DNA from: the human T2T-CHM13v2.0 reference genome, Homo sapiens
NCBI RefSeq assembly: GCF_009914755.1
Contig: NC_060940.1
DNA length: 64,000 bases
Direction: 5' to 3' (one strand)
Position 1 is the first letter of the stretch. The number at the start of each line of letters is the position of its first letter. This document shows positions 12,851 through 27,310 of this stretch, piece after piece. Made by a program: the position numbers and the translations under genes. A model generated the notes under the pieces. The model made no database searches, was not told the origin of the DNA, and saw nothing but the letters and a program-made list of their open reading frames with translations.

Positions 12851-13769
12851 TATCATTCCCTCCAAGAAGAAAGTCCTTTCTGGAAGTCTTTTCCCCGCCA
12901 TGGGAAGGTCTTTGTTATTTCTTTCTTTGCTGGAACCCGTACCTCTACCTTCAGCACCACACAATCTCAATCCCTGTGGTGCCCCCCTGCACCCTGTCTG
13001 GTCTCCAGGTGGCTGAATGACTCCAGCTGGAGGGTTGCTATGGAGACCTCCTGATGCTGAAGTTGCCCTGTGGGCAGGTGGACATTCCCTGTTCCTTCTC
13101 CCCCCATCAGGTTAAAGCGAGGCCCTTTGGAGCTTCTGGGCTCTTCTTCATCCCCTTGACCTGCCCTGCAGTGTGAAGCCGGGTGCTGCGGGGAAAGAGC
13201 CAGCAAGTGCTTTCTGGGGTCAGATCAGAGTTCTGCTGGTCTCTGCCCCTCAGGACCTCCCCTTCTGGGTTCTGCATCTTGGCTCAGAGCTGGGAGAGGG
13301 TCCCACCCTGACAGCCCTTTAGAATCTGAGACCCTTTGCAGATGTACCGCTTCCTGAGGGCTAGGAGGAGGGTCGCACCCTCTCTGAGCTTAGCCACTTG
13401 GATCTTCTGAATTTATCTGGCAGCTGCTCCTAAAAGTGTCTCTGTGTATTAGAATAGCTTGGGGAAAATTGAATAACCTGGGTTCAGCTCCTGGTGATTC
13501 TGATTCAGTTAGGTGTCTGAGAACTCTCACGGAAACGGGTTGGGCTGGCCTCAGCCACAGGGGCTGAGAGGGGAGCAGGGGCGGGGGTGAGGGTGCTGAG
13601 CTGGCACAAACAACAGCTGTTGACTATATATGTCTGGGGTGCAGCCCAGCAGTCTCTTTTTAACACACATGTATATGACATATATGTATGTATATATAAT
13701 GCATGTGTGTCTATATATACATAGAAATTTTAAAATTTTATGTCTTTTCAGTACTTTTTGAAATAGACA

Positions 13770-13905
13770 GTCTCACTCCCGTTTTACAGATGGTAAAACT
13801 GAGGCTCCAAGTGGCAGAATGCCTTCTTCCTAGTCACATGGGTATTGGGTGATAGAACTTGATGCTGGATCCAAATGCAGGACTGCCTATGTTCATTCTA
13901 CCTCA
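13770..13905 (-). mobile_element. MIR
   Basis: ccgttttacagatggtaaaactgaggctc. Confidence 0.7.
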
Positions 13906-15534
13906 CCACTACCTCTTCTGGGACTCAATTTTCTCTCCTGTCAAATGGGTATACCTCCCTTGTCTTGCCCAACCTCCTAGGTACACAGGCCTTGGACAGT
14001 GGGGGCTAGGGATTGGAAATGTGGGTGTGAGTCAGAACTGGGGGCTGAGGTGTCCTGGGAGGGCCTGTTTAGTTTGGTTGACATTTCAAAGGATGCTGGG
14101 CCTCACTGGTGTCCTGGCTGAGTCGACATAGCCGTCTTCCCCCAGGGACTAAATTTAGGATTCCTTGGGACTTGGCTGGGCCTCATCTTGTTTTTGGAAA
14201 CTCTCCATTTTGCTCCTCCTGCTGCTGGTGGCCGAGGCCCAGGCACGGCCGAATGGCAGTGCAGCGTGGTCTCGCCTTGGATTGATCTTGTTGGAGTTCA
14301 TTAGCAGCTGGCCTCGCAGGCCTGGCCTCCAGCGGGCAGGAGGAGCTGTGCCTGGGGCGTGCCAGGAGCCAGGGGGTCCCCTCCCCACCTCCTTGCCTCG
14401 TTGTCGTCCCAGGCAGAGGCCCTCTGAGGGAGGCGCTTGGGTTTTCTTTGGCACTTGGTGAGCAAATGGCTCCCTCTCCCTTTTCTTCTGAGCCCTGTAA
14501 AAATAAAAAGTTAAAAGACCCTAAAGTTTGAACAGTAAAACCAAATACATGAAACCAAGCTGTTTCTATGTGGGGGCCATGGTCTGTGAACACCCAAGTT
14601 TGAAACTTCCTCTCCTTGGAATTTATGGAAGCCTTGGAAACTTTTTCCTTTTCCCTTTAAACATCAGAATTGGCTTAGGGCATTCTTTAAAAGCATAACC
14701 CTGGTGCTTCTCACAGCTTGATTTAATACAGCTTGAATACAATAGTAACTTCTGAACCCGGCTGTCTTCTGAGAGAGCTGGAAAGTTGTTTCATGACACC
14801 AGTAAGTAGGTGTTTTTTTTTTTTTTCCTTTAGCCAAGAAGTATATTCTAAGATTTATTAGATTCTCTACTGCCCTCCCCCTAGTAACCCAGATTTTCGC
14901 TGGAAGGAAAGGAAACTTGCTCAGATCAAGTTCTTTAACTAGGGGCTGAGAGATAGGGAGGCCAGTCTTCTGGGGTAACGTTGGCACTAATAGATTCACC
15001 AGTGCCCAGAGGCTGGCTGGTTTTATAGGCGGGTGGTTCACAAGTGTTTGCTTCATAGGCCAGAGCCGGCTTAGGGCCTGGTTTTCAGAACATCAGCACG
15101 AGGGTAATTGTATTTTCGGGGAGAAAGAACAAATGGGGTTGTCTGTGTTCCTGGGAGAAGGGATTTGAAGAGCCCCTTTGACAGGTGATCTTGTGGCAAT
15201 ATTCCCCCCAGAAATAACGTGGGCCTCCCTTTCCAGGGCTCCTTCCCCGGGCTGTGGGGACGGACTTGCTCTTGAACTCAGGAGCTCGAACACTGAGAAG
15301 TAGGTTATGTGCTTTTTCATTTTCCATCTGGACTTAGCAGAGGGCTTGGTGGAGGCTCTGGCCAGTGACCTTTACACATGCTTTTTGGCTTTAGCAGCAT
15401 AAAAATATTTAATTAATTGCCAAACTTTAAAAATGGAGACATATCACATAAAAATCCAGATAGAAGAAAATGGAAAATGGGAAAACACCAGGCCTAAATT
15501 CTGGTGTGGCCACCATTTGTTGCATCCTTTGGAG

Positions 15535-15740
15535 CAGGGGTTCTCCATGGTAGCACAGGACATTTGGCGATATCTGGGTACATCCCTCATTGTCATGGCT
15601 GGGTTGGGGGTGCTGCTGGCCTCTAGCAGGTGGAGGTCAGGGATACTGCCAACCATCCTGCAGTGCACAGGATGTGCCCCTGCAACAAAGAGTGACCTTG
15701 GCCCCAAATGTAAACAGTGCCAAGGTGGAGAAACCCTGCC
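15535..15740. mobile_element. MER20 (hAT-Charlie)
   Basis: cagggggttctcca…acatttggcgatatctgg…catcctgcagtgcacagga…gccaaggtggagaaaccctg. Confidence 0.85.
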
Positions 15741-16318
15741 GTAGGGGAGCATCTGGGCTGCAGAGCCCACCAAGCCTCCTACCTGGGCTCAAGAATATTC
15801 TAGAAGATTCTGAGTTCCCAGAATTGATTGCTAGCTTCTTGGCTTATTCCTGCCTTTTGTTGGGACTATATGCTAGTTTGCCCTTACTCTCCTGAGGGTC
15901 CCACCCAGGCCCTGAACAGGCCCTGGTCAGATGGAGGCTTGATGGTGGGCAGATGTGGGTATTGCCTTCGCAAGCCTCAGAGCAGAGCTGGGAGGAGCAG
16001 CTATACTCACCCCCATGTCCAATTACATGAAGACATTCAGTCACTCCCTCTCCTCTCCTCCTCCAGATAGCAAAGAAGATGTAACCCCTAGTGATGGTAA
16101 TTCCTGGTTTAAATATTGATAATGAATGACTCATAAGATTATCCATCCATAGCCAGATTGCTATGATCAAATGGTGATTGTTCAGAAGTGGAAGCAGTGC
16201 CTTTTGTTATGTTTCTGATTATCCTTGGTGGAGAGAGCTGGGTTAGAGGACAGGATTTGGGGTGGAAGCCTCCTGAGTATCCTGAAAATGCACCAGAATT
16301 TGGCCTGAGAGCTGCTGC

Positions 16319-17192
16319 AGGAAACTTGGGGAGATTGTGGGTATGCCTGTGGCTTTTACGGTGGTGATGATTTCATGGGTGTACCCTTATCCCCAAATTC
16401 ATTGAGTTGTATGTATTAAATAAGTATAGCTTTTTACAAGTCAATCATATCTCAATAAAGTGCTTTTTTTTTTTTTTTTTTAAAGAATGACTTATAAAAA
16501 CTCATTTTGGGAAAAGAAGAAAGTTATTTACCAAGTATACTCTGTCCACCCACCCAGTGACCCACTGGGAAGGTATTCCTACCATCCCCGTCAACAGGTG
16601 AGGGCATGAAGTCAAGCAGCATGTGACTCCCTGCAGTCAGTGATGAGAGGCCCCTGCTGGGCCCTGTGAGACTGCACTGATGGATGGCCTGAGTCCCTGC
16701 CTTCAGGAGGTGCCCATTGTGTTGCGGAGGCCACCATACCTGGCTGGCCCTATACAAGGCAGAAAGTGATTTGTGGGAAATGATACAAATATTTTACACC
16801 ATTCAGAGCAGGTTGGGTTGGTGGAAGGAATAGGGTCTTAAGTTAAAACCAAGCTCTGCCTCTACCAGTTTCATGACCTTGGCCAAGTCACTACACCTCC
16901 TGACCTTGTGGCCCTCACTTGTTGATGGAGATAGTAGGAATACCTTCCCAGCGGAGGGTTGTTGGGTGGGTGGGTAGAGTATATTTGGTAAATAACCTTC
17001 TTTTTTCCCTAAATGAGTTTTCATAAGTCATTCTTTATTTTAAAAAATCACTTTATTGAGATATGATTGACTTGTACAAAGCTATGCTTAATTAATATAT
17101 ACAACTTGATGGGTTTGGGAATAAGCATACACTTATGAAACCATCACTACCATCAAGGCCATAGACATGTCTATAATCTGCCCAAGTTTCCT
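16319..17192. repeat. Inverted duplication: arms ~16319-16628 and ~16886-17192, spacer ~257 bp
   Basis: Exact reverse-complement blocks at 16435-16462/17049-17076 (28 nt) and 16565-16582/16934-16951 (18 nt), with colinear similarity along the arms. Confidence 0.92.
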
Positions 17193-17490
17193 CCTGCCCT
17201 CTTTATTATTATTATTTGTGTGAAAGAGATAGAGAAAGAATACTTAAGATCTGCCCTCTTAGAAAATTTTAAATATATAATGGAGTACTGTTAGCTATAG
17301 GCACGATGCTGTGCAGTAGATCTCCAGAACCTATTTATCTTGCATAACTGAAACTTTGTACCCCTTGGCCATCACCCCTTTCCATTTCCTCCTTTCCCTA
17401 GCCTCTGGCAACCACCGTTCCACTCTGCTTCTTTGAGTTTGCCCATTTTAGATTCCACATATAAATGAGATCACGCAGTATTTGTCTTTG
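17036..17490 (-). mobile_element. L1MA9/L1MA10-like 3' end with TSD
   Basis: ctttattgagatatgattgac…gtagatctccagaac…ttttagattccacatataaatgagatc; TSD taagtcattctt (17024-17035) / taagccattctt (17491-17502). Confidence 0.8.
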
Positions 17491-17929
17491 TAAGCCATTC
17501 TTAATCAAGGTAGGCATAGCTAAGCACCCAGGGGTCTTAAAGTTGACCTTTATGTAGAGGCATTCAGGTGGGAGGCATTGTATGTAGGAGGTGGTGACTG
17601 ATCTGATTTAGCAGATAGATTTTTTCCTGTATTGCTTTTGCCTTGAGCTTCTTACCCCAGTGAGGACTTATTTTCTTGACCCATGTATTCTTCTTTCTTT
17701 CCACTTGTGTTTTAGCTGGGGCAACTCTGGTTGTTGTAGTAAAGACACCTTGACATTGAAGTTTAGAATTTTATTTATCACTCATGGACCAGTCCAATAC
17801 AGGTACCTTGGTTGGAAAATGAGTGACTTAGTGGTCCAGGCTCCTTCCATGTTGTGGCTTGTTCATCTGTGAGAGCCTCTGAGTTCTCTGCTTCTACTTG
17901 GTGAAAGGGGAATAAGAGAGTAGAAAAAC

Positions 17930-18140
17930 TCTTCCCACTGCTTAAGATCCCTGACTGTGAATCATTCTGTACCACTTCTGCTCATGTTCGATTAGTGAGA
18001 ACTAATCACATGGCCCCACCCTGATGAAAGAGGTGCTGGGAAATGTAGTCCCATCTGGGCAGCTACCTTCTGCTGACAACTCTACACTGTGGAAGAGGAA
18101 GTAGGAATATTTGGGGGCAGGTAGCCATCTCTGCCATAGT
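17930..18140 (-). mobile_element. MaLR LTR (MLT1) fragment
   Basis: cacttctgctca…aatcacatggcccc…ctgggaaatgtagtc…gtagccatctctgccata. Confidence 0.6.
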
Positions 18141-18713
18141 ACCAGCTTGAGTCGTTGTTCCCTTTGCAGGTGCCCTTGGTACCTGAGCCTCCTTTTCTGC
18201 TGGCTTCTGCTTCTTCAGCTGGCCATGTCCAGCTCCATGTTCCAGAAGATTCTGCCTCTTTTACTGTGCGGAGTGATGTTCCCCTGGGGATCTACTAGTG
18301 CTCTGCTGAGAGACTCACACCCAGGTTCTGATCAGATACCCACACTGTGTACATTTCTCATATTGCAGTGTCTGTCAGTCAGCTTCTGAGAAATGTGTGA
18401 GAGCAGCATTCCATCTCCTATGATTCTGCAGGTGATCAGGAGGCCTTCTGCAGCCTGTAGTTCTCCTGGGCAGCTTAGTAGCTGGCTGGCCTGGATGCAA
18501 GACCACTGGCTATGTCTCGGTCACTGCCTTATCTCATCAGGGGCTGCTTTTGTCTCTGGGAATGCAAATGTCACTATGATCACCTGGAGAAGTCACTTGA
18601 CATCCATGAGCCTCATCTTTAAAAACAAAGAAAGAAATATTTAAATAAAGCCTCAGCCACATATCACATGGGCTGTTATGAGGGTCTAATAAGGCTGTCA
18701 TTGTGCATGTGTT

Positions 18714-19750
18714 CCTGCTACACATGCACTCTCTCAGTCCCACAGGCTGCCCACTATACACGCACTCTAACCTGCTACACATGCATTCTCTCAGTCCCAC
18801 GGGCTACCCGCTACCACTCTAACCCGCCACACATGCACTGTCTTACTCCTGCGGGCTACCCGCAACACACGCACTCTAACCAGCCACACATGCACTGTCT
18901 TACTCCTGCAGGCTACCCGCTACACACGCACTCTAACCCGCCACGCATGCACTGTCTTACTCCTGCGGGCTACCCGCTACACACGCACTCTAACCCGCCA
19001 CGCATGCCCTGTCTTACTCCTGCGGGCTACCCGCTACACACGCACTCTAACCCACCACGCATGCACTGTCTTACTCCTGCGGGCTACCCGCTACACACGC
19101 ACTCTAACCAGCCACACATGCACTGTCTTAGTCCTGCGGGCTACCCGCTACACACGCACTCTAACCCGCCACGCATGCACTGTCTTAGTCCTGCGGGCTA
19201 CCCGCTACACACGCACTCTAACCCGCCACGCATGCACTGTCTTACTCCTGCGGGGTACCCGCTACACACGCACTCTAACCCGCCACGCATGCACTGTCTT
19301 AGTCCTGCGGGCTACCCGCTACACACGCACTCTAACCCGCCACGCATGCACTGTCTTACTCCTGCGGGCTACCCGCTACACACGCACTCTAACCCGCCAC
19401 ACATGCACTGTCTTACTCCTGTGGGCTGCCTGCTACACATGCACTCTAACCTGCCATGCATGCACTCTCTTAGTCTCCTGGGCTACCTGCTACACACGCA
19501 CTCTAACTCGCCACACATGCACTGTTTTGGTCCCACGGACTACCTGCTACACATGCACTCTCTTGGTCCCATGGGTACCTGCTGCACACGCACCCTAACC
19601 TGCTACACACATGCACTCTCTCAGTCCCACAGGCTACCAGCTACACACGCACTGTCTTGGTCCCACCGGCTAGTCGCTACACATGCACTCTAACCCACTA
19701 AGCATGCACCCCAACCCGCTACACATGCACTCTCTCAGTCCCGTGGACTA
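18714..19750. repeat. VNTR, 57-bp unit (ctaacccgccacgcatgcactgtcttactcctgcgggctacccgctacacacgcact); ~10 near-perfect copies at 18819-19388 with degenerate flanks (~18 unit-equivalents)
   Basis: The register recurs every 57 nt from 18819 to 19503; the ORF track shows matching 19-aa periodicity. Confidence 0.96.
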
Positions 19751-21929
19751 TGTCTTCCTTTGCTGGCCTCTCCAGGTGGGCTTTCTGTTTTTAGTTTTGA
19801 TTTGAGAATGAATTCTATTTCTGAAAAGGACCTTAGGGAGTGTTGTCATGACACCATGATGGATCCCCTTGATGGACTGGCCATTCTGGCCTCACACTGT
19901 GTGCTCACCCCTTCCCACACATGCCAGGGCCTGCCCAAGGAGAGGCGAGGGCCCAGTGCTTAGAGCGGTGCCTTAGCAAAGGCAAAGTCTGCGTCTTTGG
20001 GAGGCCCTCAATGCAACTGGCATAATAGCAGGTACACGCAGGGAATGCAGTACACACGCTCAGTGAATGCAAGAGAAAGCACTCAAGAGAATAAGGGTAC
20101 TCAAACCCTTGTCAAAGGGTTCCCTGGCCAGAGAAGCTTGGGAAACGGGTGGCAGCACCAGTCGAATGAGCGTTACTCTGTCATTTTTGGCAGAAATTGC
20201 AACCTGGTGAGCTGACTCTAGCTCCCAGGAATGTTTTGTTTGACCCTTTCAATTTTTTAAACAATTTGAGCCAACATTTAAAAATGAGGAATTTCACTCA
20301 GAACTCCAGATTTCTGACTTCTTTTTAAAAATTGGAAAAGCTAATATCATTGGCATCAACCTCTTAGCCTGGCAATATTCAAGTGGAGCTGAATGTGGCT
20401 GTGCTCTTGGACAGGGCCTGTGTCCCCCAGAGCCCCTGCAGTGCCCACCAACCCTGTTTCTCATTTTTCTCTCTGTTTTTTTCATCATTGCCTTTGCACA
20501 TTGGTTTTCTATAGAACTATATTGCTTTTAAATAAATGTTTCTATTTCTCTCATAGGAAACAATTGCTATCAAAGATGGAAGAGAAAAGATGAACCAAAA
20601 TGGTTGTTTTCTGAAAAATTAGAGCATATTTCTTCATGGAGATGAAGAGTGTTTCCATATGCCTTTTATGCAAATATTAAACCTGCCCCCATTTAACTTA
20701 TTTAAATAACTTAGCTCCTTAGCTCCTATGGGATTGGGGCTTGCGGTATCTGCCCTGTACTGATGTATTGCTTACCAGGGACAATATTTCCTAAATATAT
20801 TATCCCACTGGAGATTCTGGGGAAAAAAAGATTCTTTGCAAAATTAGTGTTGTGAAACAATTGCTGCAACTACCCATTAAATAAGTTCCTTAACTGCAGG
20901 AATTCTCAGAGCCTTCACTGTCTTAATGTGCATTGTGAATCTGGAATATGGAGTTTTCGTATTACTCAGGATTCCTTCAGTTTAGGGACCAGTTTCCCAA
21001 GCTTCTCTGGCCAGGGAGTCCTTTGGCAAACAGTGCTGCAGGGTTTTGAGTGCTCTCATTCTCTCGGGTGCTTTCTCTTGCATTCACTCAGCATGTCTAT
21101 TGCATTCCTGCCTGTACCTGCTATTATGTCAGAGGCATCGAGGGCTTCCCAAAGATGCAGACTTTCCCTTTGCTAAGGCTTTGCCTTCTGCCAGCTCCTA
21201 TTGCTTTGTGGGACCCCTGCCACTTACTCAGAGGCACCTCGGATGGAGAGAACTGGCTAAACAGCAAGTGTCTGCTATCTGTGGTGGATTTGAGGCCCTG
21301 AGTACTTTTGGGGCTTCCACAGAGCTGGTGATTTATTTTTCTGATCCAGGATGATGAGGTGCTGTCTTGTAGCAGCTCTCAGTGGCTGTTAGCTTACAGA
21401 GGAGTGGGACCTGGGGAGGGCAGAATTGTGTGTGTAGGCATGCGTGCCCTTTATTGCTGTTAGCCTTGATTTGGAAAGGGCAGGGTGGTTCAGGAGGCAG
21501 AGAGCATGTTGCTGATTGCTCAGAGCAAAGGATTTTGTGTCCAGGATCTGAGTGTTGCAAGGATTGGTTGTTTGGGGCTGCTGGGGTGGAAGGGATTGCC
21601 TTGTTGATCTCTGGAAGCTGTGTGTAGTTCTTGCCCAGTAATGCGTTTGTCTCTTTGCCCAGCCATCGTAAGGCAGCTCATGGACCAGATGCCAGCCTTG
21701 ATCTGCTGAGCTCTCTGGGATGTTTCTGAGAAGGCCAGAGTGCATTGCCCGCCCAAGGATGTCTCACCTAATTAGTCCATTAGAGTCAGTGGGCCTCAGA
21801 TCATGAATCTGGAGCTGTTTGCTAATTATGCCTTGAACGTGGTTTTAGTTAGATGATTAAGGACTCTCGCAGGGCTGTCCTCCCTACAGCAGTCCCTCAG
21901 GTCTGTGCCTAGAGCCCCAGCCAAAATGA

Positions 21930-23261
<1,332 letters not shown>

Positions 23262-23614
23262 GAGGTGTAGCTTCATGTCAGGCTGGCATGGAAGAAAGAT
23301 GCCGTGTCCCCTGGCACATGGTAGAGCATTGCCTTTTAAGTATATAAAAGAGGAGAACAGATCAATAAAGGGTTCCATCTAAAGGACATGACACAGGTGT
23401 GATGGAGCGAGTAGAGTTGTGACTCCTGATGTGGCTTGATCCCTTCATGGGTATTGTCAAGAATTCTAAAATTTGAATCCTGATCTAAACACAGTAACTT
23501 TTTGACAATCCCTCATTTAAAGCAAACCCTTTGATTTAAATGTCTTTCTCACTCATTCTCTTAATTCTCAGGCAGTTATTTTCTTGTGTCAAAAGAGAAC
23601 AGGCAGTGCAGTTG

Positions 23615-24045
23615 GCATATCAGTTAGCTGTTGCCATGTTGCAAACCACCCTAAGACTTAGTTATTCCTCCCACATCTGCGAGTAGGTGGGAGCTGTATG
23701 GACCTGGGCTGGGTTGATCTGGGCTGGGCTTGCTCATGCTTCAAGACAGTTGGCCACAGCTTCCTGGTCTAGATCAGAATTGGCTGGGACCAGTGGCCTC
23801 TCCTTGTTGTGTATGTCCTATCCCTCCAGCAGGCCAGGCGTTTCTTATTGCAGGGACAGGGTCTGAGAGAGGAAGTGGACTCCCCAGTGCCTTATCAAGT
23901 TTCTGTATCACATTCACTACCGTCCCGTCTGCTAGAGCAAGTCACGTGGCTAAGCCCAGTCTCAGTGTGGGAGGGCTCCCCCAAAAGGGTATGGAATCAG
24001 TTAGGCATGAACAAATTAGTACATGAATGTAATCAGCCTGCCCCA
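23615..24045 (-). mobile_element. MaLR LTR (MLT1)
   Basis: tatcagttagctgttgcc…accaccctaagacttag…agcaagtcacgtggctaagccca. Confidence 0.65.
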
Positions 24046-24099
24046 GTTTGGTTGAAGGGTCTTTTCCCAGCCCATAGGTCCTAGAATTGGGCAAGGTCC

Positions 24100-24285
24100 T
24101 ACCTTTGCTGCTTTCCAAATGTGTAACTTTGGGGCATTATTTAACCTGTGCCTCAGTTTTCTCATCTGTAAAATGGGTATGATAATAGAAGGGATGTTGC
24201 AAGGGTTTGAAAAGGGGATAAATGTAAAGCATGTGGCACAGTGTCTGGCACAGAGTAGCCGTTGGTAAATGTTAGCAATTATTAA
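24100..24285 (+). mobile_element. MIR
   Basis: cctcagttttctcatctgtaaaatgggtatgataatag…gtaaatgttagc. Confidence 0.8.
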
Positions 24286-26771
24286 AATACCAGCCAGCTT
24301 ATAAGCAACCCAAGGCCATAGGCACATGGAGAATTGAGAGCTACTGGGGCTGTTTGGTTTCTTTCCCTTGACCTCCATGGATAAACAAGGGTCTCTTTCA
24401 TTTAGGATGTCACCTGCTGAGCCCTTTATGAGTGTGGACAGCAGCTTCTTGACACCCCTACACTTACCCTATAGCACCTGTGTATCTGAGGGCTCTGGGC
24501 TGTCGTCTGTAGATCGTAATGAGGCCCAGGCGCCCAGACTGAGGTCCGAGATGTGGGCCTGGCTGCACGGACCCCCGATTGAAGGCACCTGCTGCCGAGC
24601 CCAGGCATGGCATTTTCCCTTGCTGTCCTCAGGAGTCCGAGTGCTGCCAGATTTGGGGTATGCTGCTTTGGAGAACAGAGAGGATTCTTTTTTGTTAATT
24701 TTTCTGTAAAACTTGTTCTTTCATGGGATTTCCTTCCAGTCCCTGGAGAAGGTCACAAAGGAGGTGGATGGGGAAACCTGTCATTAGATTCCGATTTTGA
24801 ACATGTAGTACCTGCCACTGTCCAGGTGCAGAGGAACCAAGGGGGATAGCTAAAGTCCCTCATGGGTGCTTGTACTGATTACGTGGCTGGGGCAGGAGCT
24901 GGGGATGCTGGCACTTCCCAATTCCTGGGCTCAGGGGCTGGTAGGGCCTTGGTGGGAGCAGAGGAGAAGGCGCCCGGCAGCTGGGCTCTGTCAGCCGCAT
25001 GGAGACGTGAACCCTGCCGGCCAAGGAATTCGGGGCCTGAGTCTGAGAGGCTGCTTTGGACGTGCATCCTGGGCCTTGGAAGAATCTGAGTGCCCTGGGC
25101 AGCAGGCCCGATGGGGGACGTGGGGCCCGGATGCCGGGAACTGAAAGCTGGCCTGACTTCTGAGGCCGTGGAGCTGGCTCTCCAGAGGCCTTGCTGCCTC
25201 CAAGATCCAGCCGCCAAGCGTTTACCCAGGCAGGGCCTTCCCCACGCCCCAAGTCATTCCCGCCCCAGCCCTCAGAGTCTTGCATTCCTCCTCTCTGTAC
25301 CTCCTCCTCCTGGGCTGGACACTGTGCTCTGTGACACTGTGGTCTTGTTTCCATTGGGAGTTTGGTAATAGTAATAACTGATAGCAGTGGGAAGGACCGT
25401 GATAACAGCTAGCATTGAACAAGTGACCCCTGGGTGTCACAGACGTGCTGATCACTGTGTGTTTGTCATTTCATCGAGTCTGTGCCCTGTTTAACGGACA
25501 TACTCAGTAAAGCACCCTCTTCACAAGGGTTCTGTTCCTGTCCACTGTTGGTGTTCCTTGGATGTGGTGCTTACAGCATGCTAGGCATTGCTCTAAGGTT
25601 TCACGAGGCAGGGATTCTTCTCATCTTCATGTTCCAGACAAGAATATAAGGCTCAGGGAGGTCTTAGATTCACCCTCCACCCAGGGTGGAGCTGAAAGTT
25701 TGACCCCGGTGGTCAGACTCTGACCCTCAGCCCTGCTGCCTCCATGCCAGGTCCATTTCCCTGGCCTTTGACATTTTAGAAGGCAAATTCCCAACAAAGT
25801 TTTTTCATTTTCACCTCGTTCTTCTGTGAACAGAGCAAAACTTGCAGTCACTTGTAGATACCAGCACGTGGGATCTGGTTAGTCAAGGTGGTGGCCCACT
25901 GGTGAGTGGATGGGGGACTTCTTCAAAGAGTTTCCCTGTTTGAGAAAGCGTGGATCACTGAGTCACAGAGGCGTCTCCTTGTTTGGGCGGGGGGTGGGTG
26001 GCTGTCTCCCTACCTCCCCTCCCATCTCCAGCCAGGGGTCATTTAGCTCTGCTTATTACCTGAGGACCACCGTGAGCCACGTGTCTGCAGTCTAGGTTGA
26101 GGGAGGTGCTGGGGCTGAAGGGTTAATAATAGGCCCCATCTTCTGTTCCGACTTTTGAGACCACAGAGGTTTCCTAGTATGTCATAGGCCATAGCAACCC
26201 ACAGGCAGCTTTTGGTGGGGAATGGGAGCACACCCACCTTCTGGTTCCCAGTAGATATAGAAGATGCCTTCCTGGCCTTGCAATTAGAGAGAAAAGTTCA
26301 ACCCATCAAGACTGACTCCTTTGTGAAATGGGAATCCTCTTCTGTGCATCCTGTACAGAAGGCCTCCCAGCATCTGCTTGGATACCTCCTGTGACAGGAA
26401 GCTCACTCCCTTGATTGTCCTTTGTTGGACAACTCTAGCTCCTGGAATGATAGAGAATTTGGGCCTTATGTGTCATTAGTCCTGCTCTGCCTTCAAGAAA
26501 TATGGAGAATTGTCCTTCTTCCTCTGGTGAGGGAGTCATTCTCTCCCTGTCTGAAGGCAGGAAGCTGGCTTCTTCCATCCCATCTCTCAGGTCGTCGTGA
26601 GTTCTCACTGTTCCTTGAGGTCCTACCCCTTCACCATTATGCCATCAGCTCCACGACTCGAAAGCTGTGTGGATATAAAGTACTCACATGTATTAAAATA
26701 GGGCTTGGTACGTGCTAGGTATATCAATATTAGCTGTAATCATGCAGTCATCTTTCTGGTCATCCCTATAC

Positions 26772-26936
26772 CAGGGTCTCTCAAACTTGAATGTGTATAT
26801 GAATTGTGTGGGGATGATGCAAAAATGCAGATTCTGATTTTGTAGGGTAGATGGGGCCTGAGACTCTGCATTTCTGACCACTTCCTAGACTATGTCAAGA
26901 CTGCTAGCCCTTAGTCCACACTTTGAATCGCAAGGC
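26772..26936. mobile_element. MER5A/B (hAT-Charlie)
   Basis: cagggtctctcaaacttg…aaaatgcagattctgatt…ggggcctgagactctgcatttct…cacactttga. Confidence 0.8.
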
Positions 26937-27310
26937 TGGTGTAGCTATGTCTTTCTTTATATATGAGATTTTGTTTGCAGGTGGCACCTAACCTAGTAGA
27001 AAATAGTAGAATCGTCACCTCCCAAAATATAGGTGTAATACTTCTATTAACATAGCCCAACATTGTATTACTTTGGGGGGAAAAGCATTATCTAGGCTTT
27101 CCACGTAACTTTTGTTCTCTGGCTTCTATGTCTGACATGGAAAAATTGCTCTGCAGTTTGCATATATCTTGATGGATCTGAAAGAAGGTGTGGGTCACTA
27201 AGGAGAGATGCTTTACCTCTGGACTTCCCTCTGCTTCTACAGCTGGGATGTATCATGGACCTAAGTCCAGAGTTGAATCAGTAAATGGAATCCCAAAGAG
27301 TTCCCTAGAG

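Noticed and set aside
14146-14461. Signal-peptide-like ORF (KLSILLLLLLVAEAQA…) and possible exon 14146-14457
   Set aside because: It starts at TTG with no in-frame ATG; the leucine run comes from CTC/CTG low complexity; in the NKD1 frame the putative exon hits a TAG.
18668-19693. 341-aa His/Cys/Pro repeat ORF as a real (zinc-finger-like) protein
   Set aside because: Explained by a 57-nt unit divisible by 3; no C2H2 spacing, promoter or splice support. Kept only as a VNTR finding.
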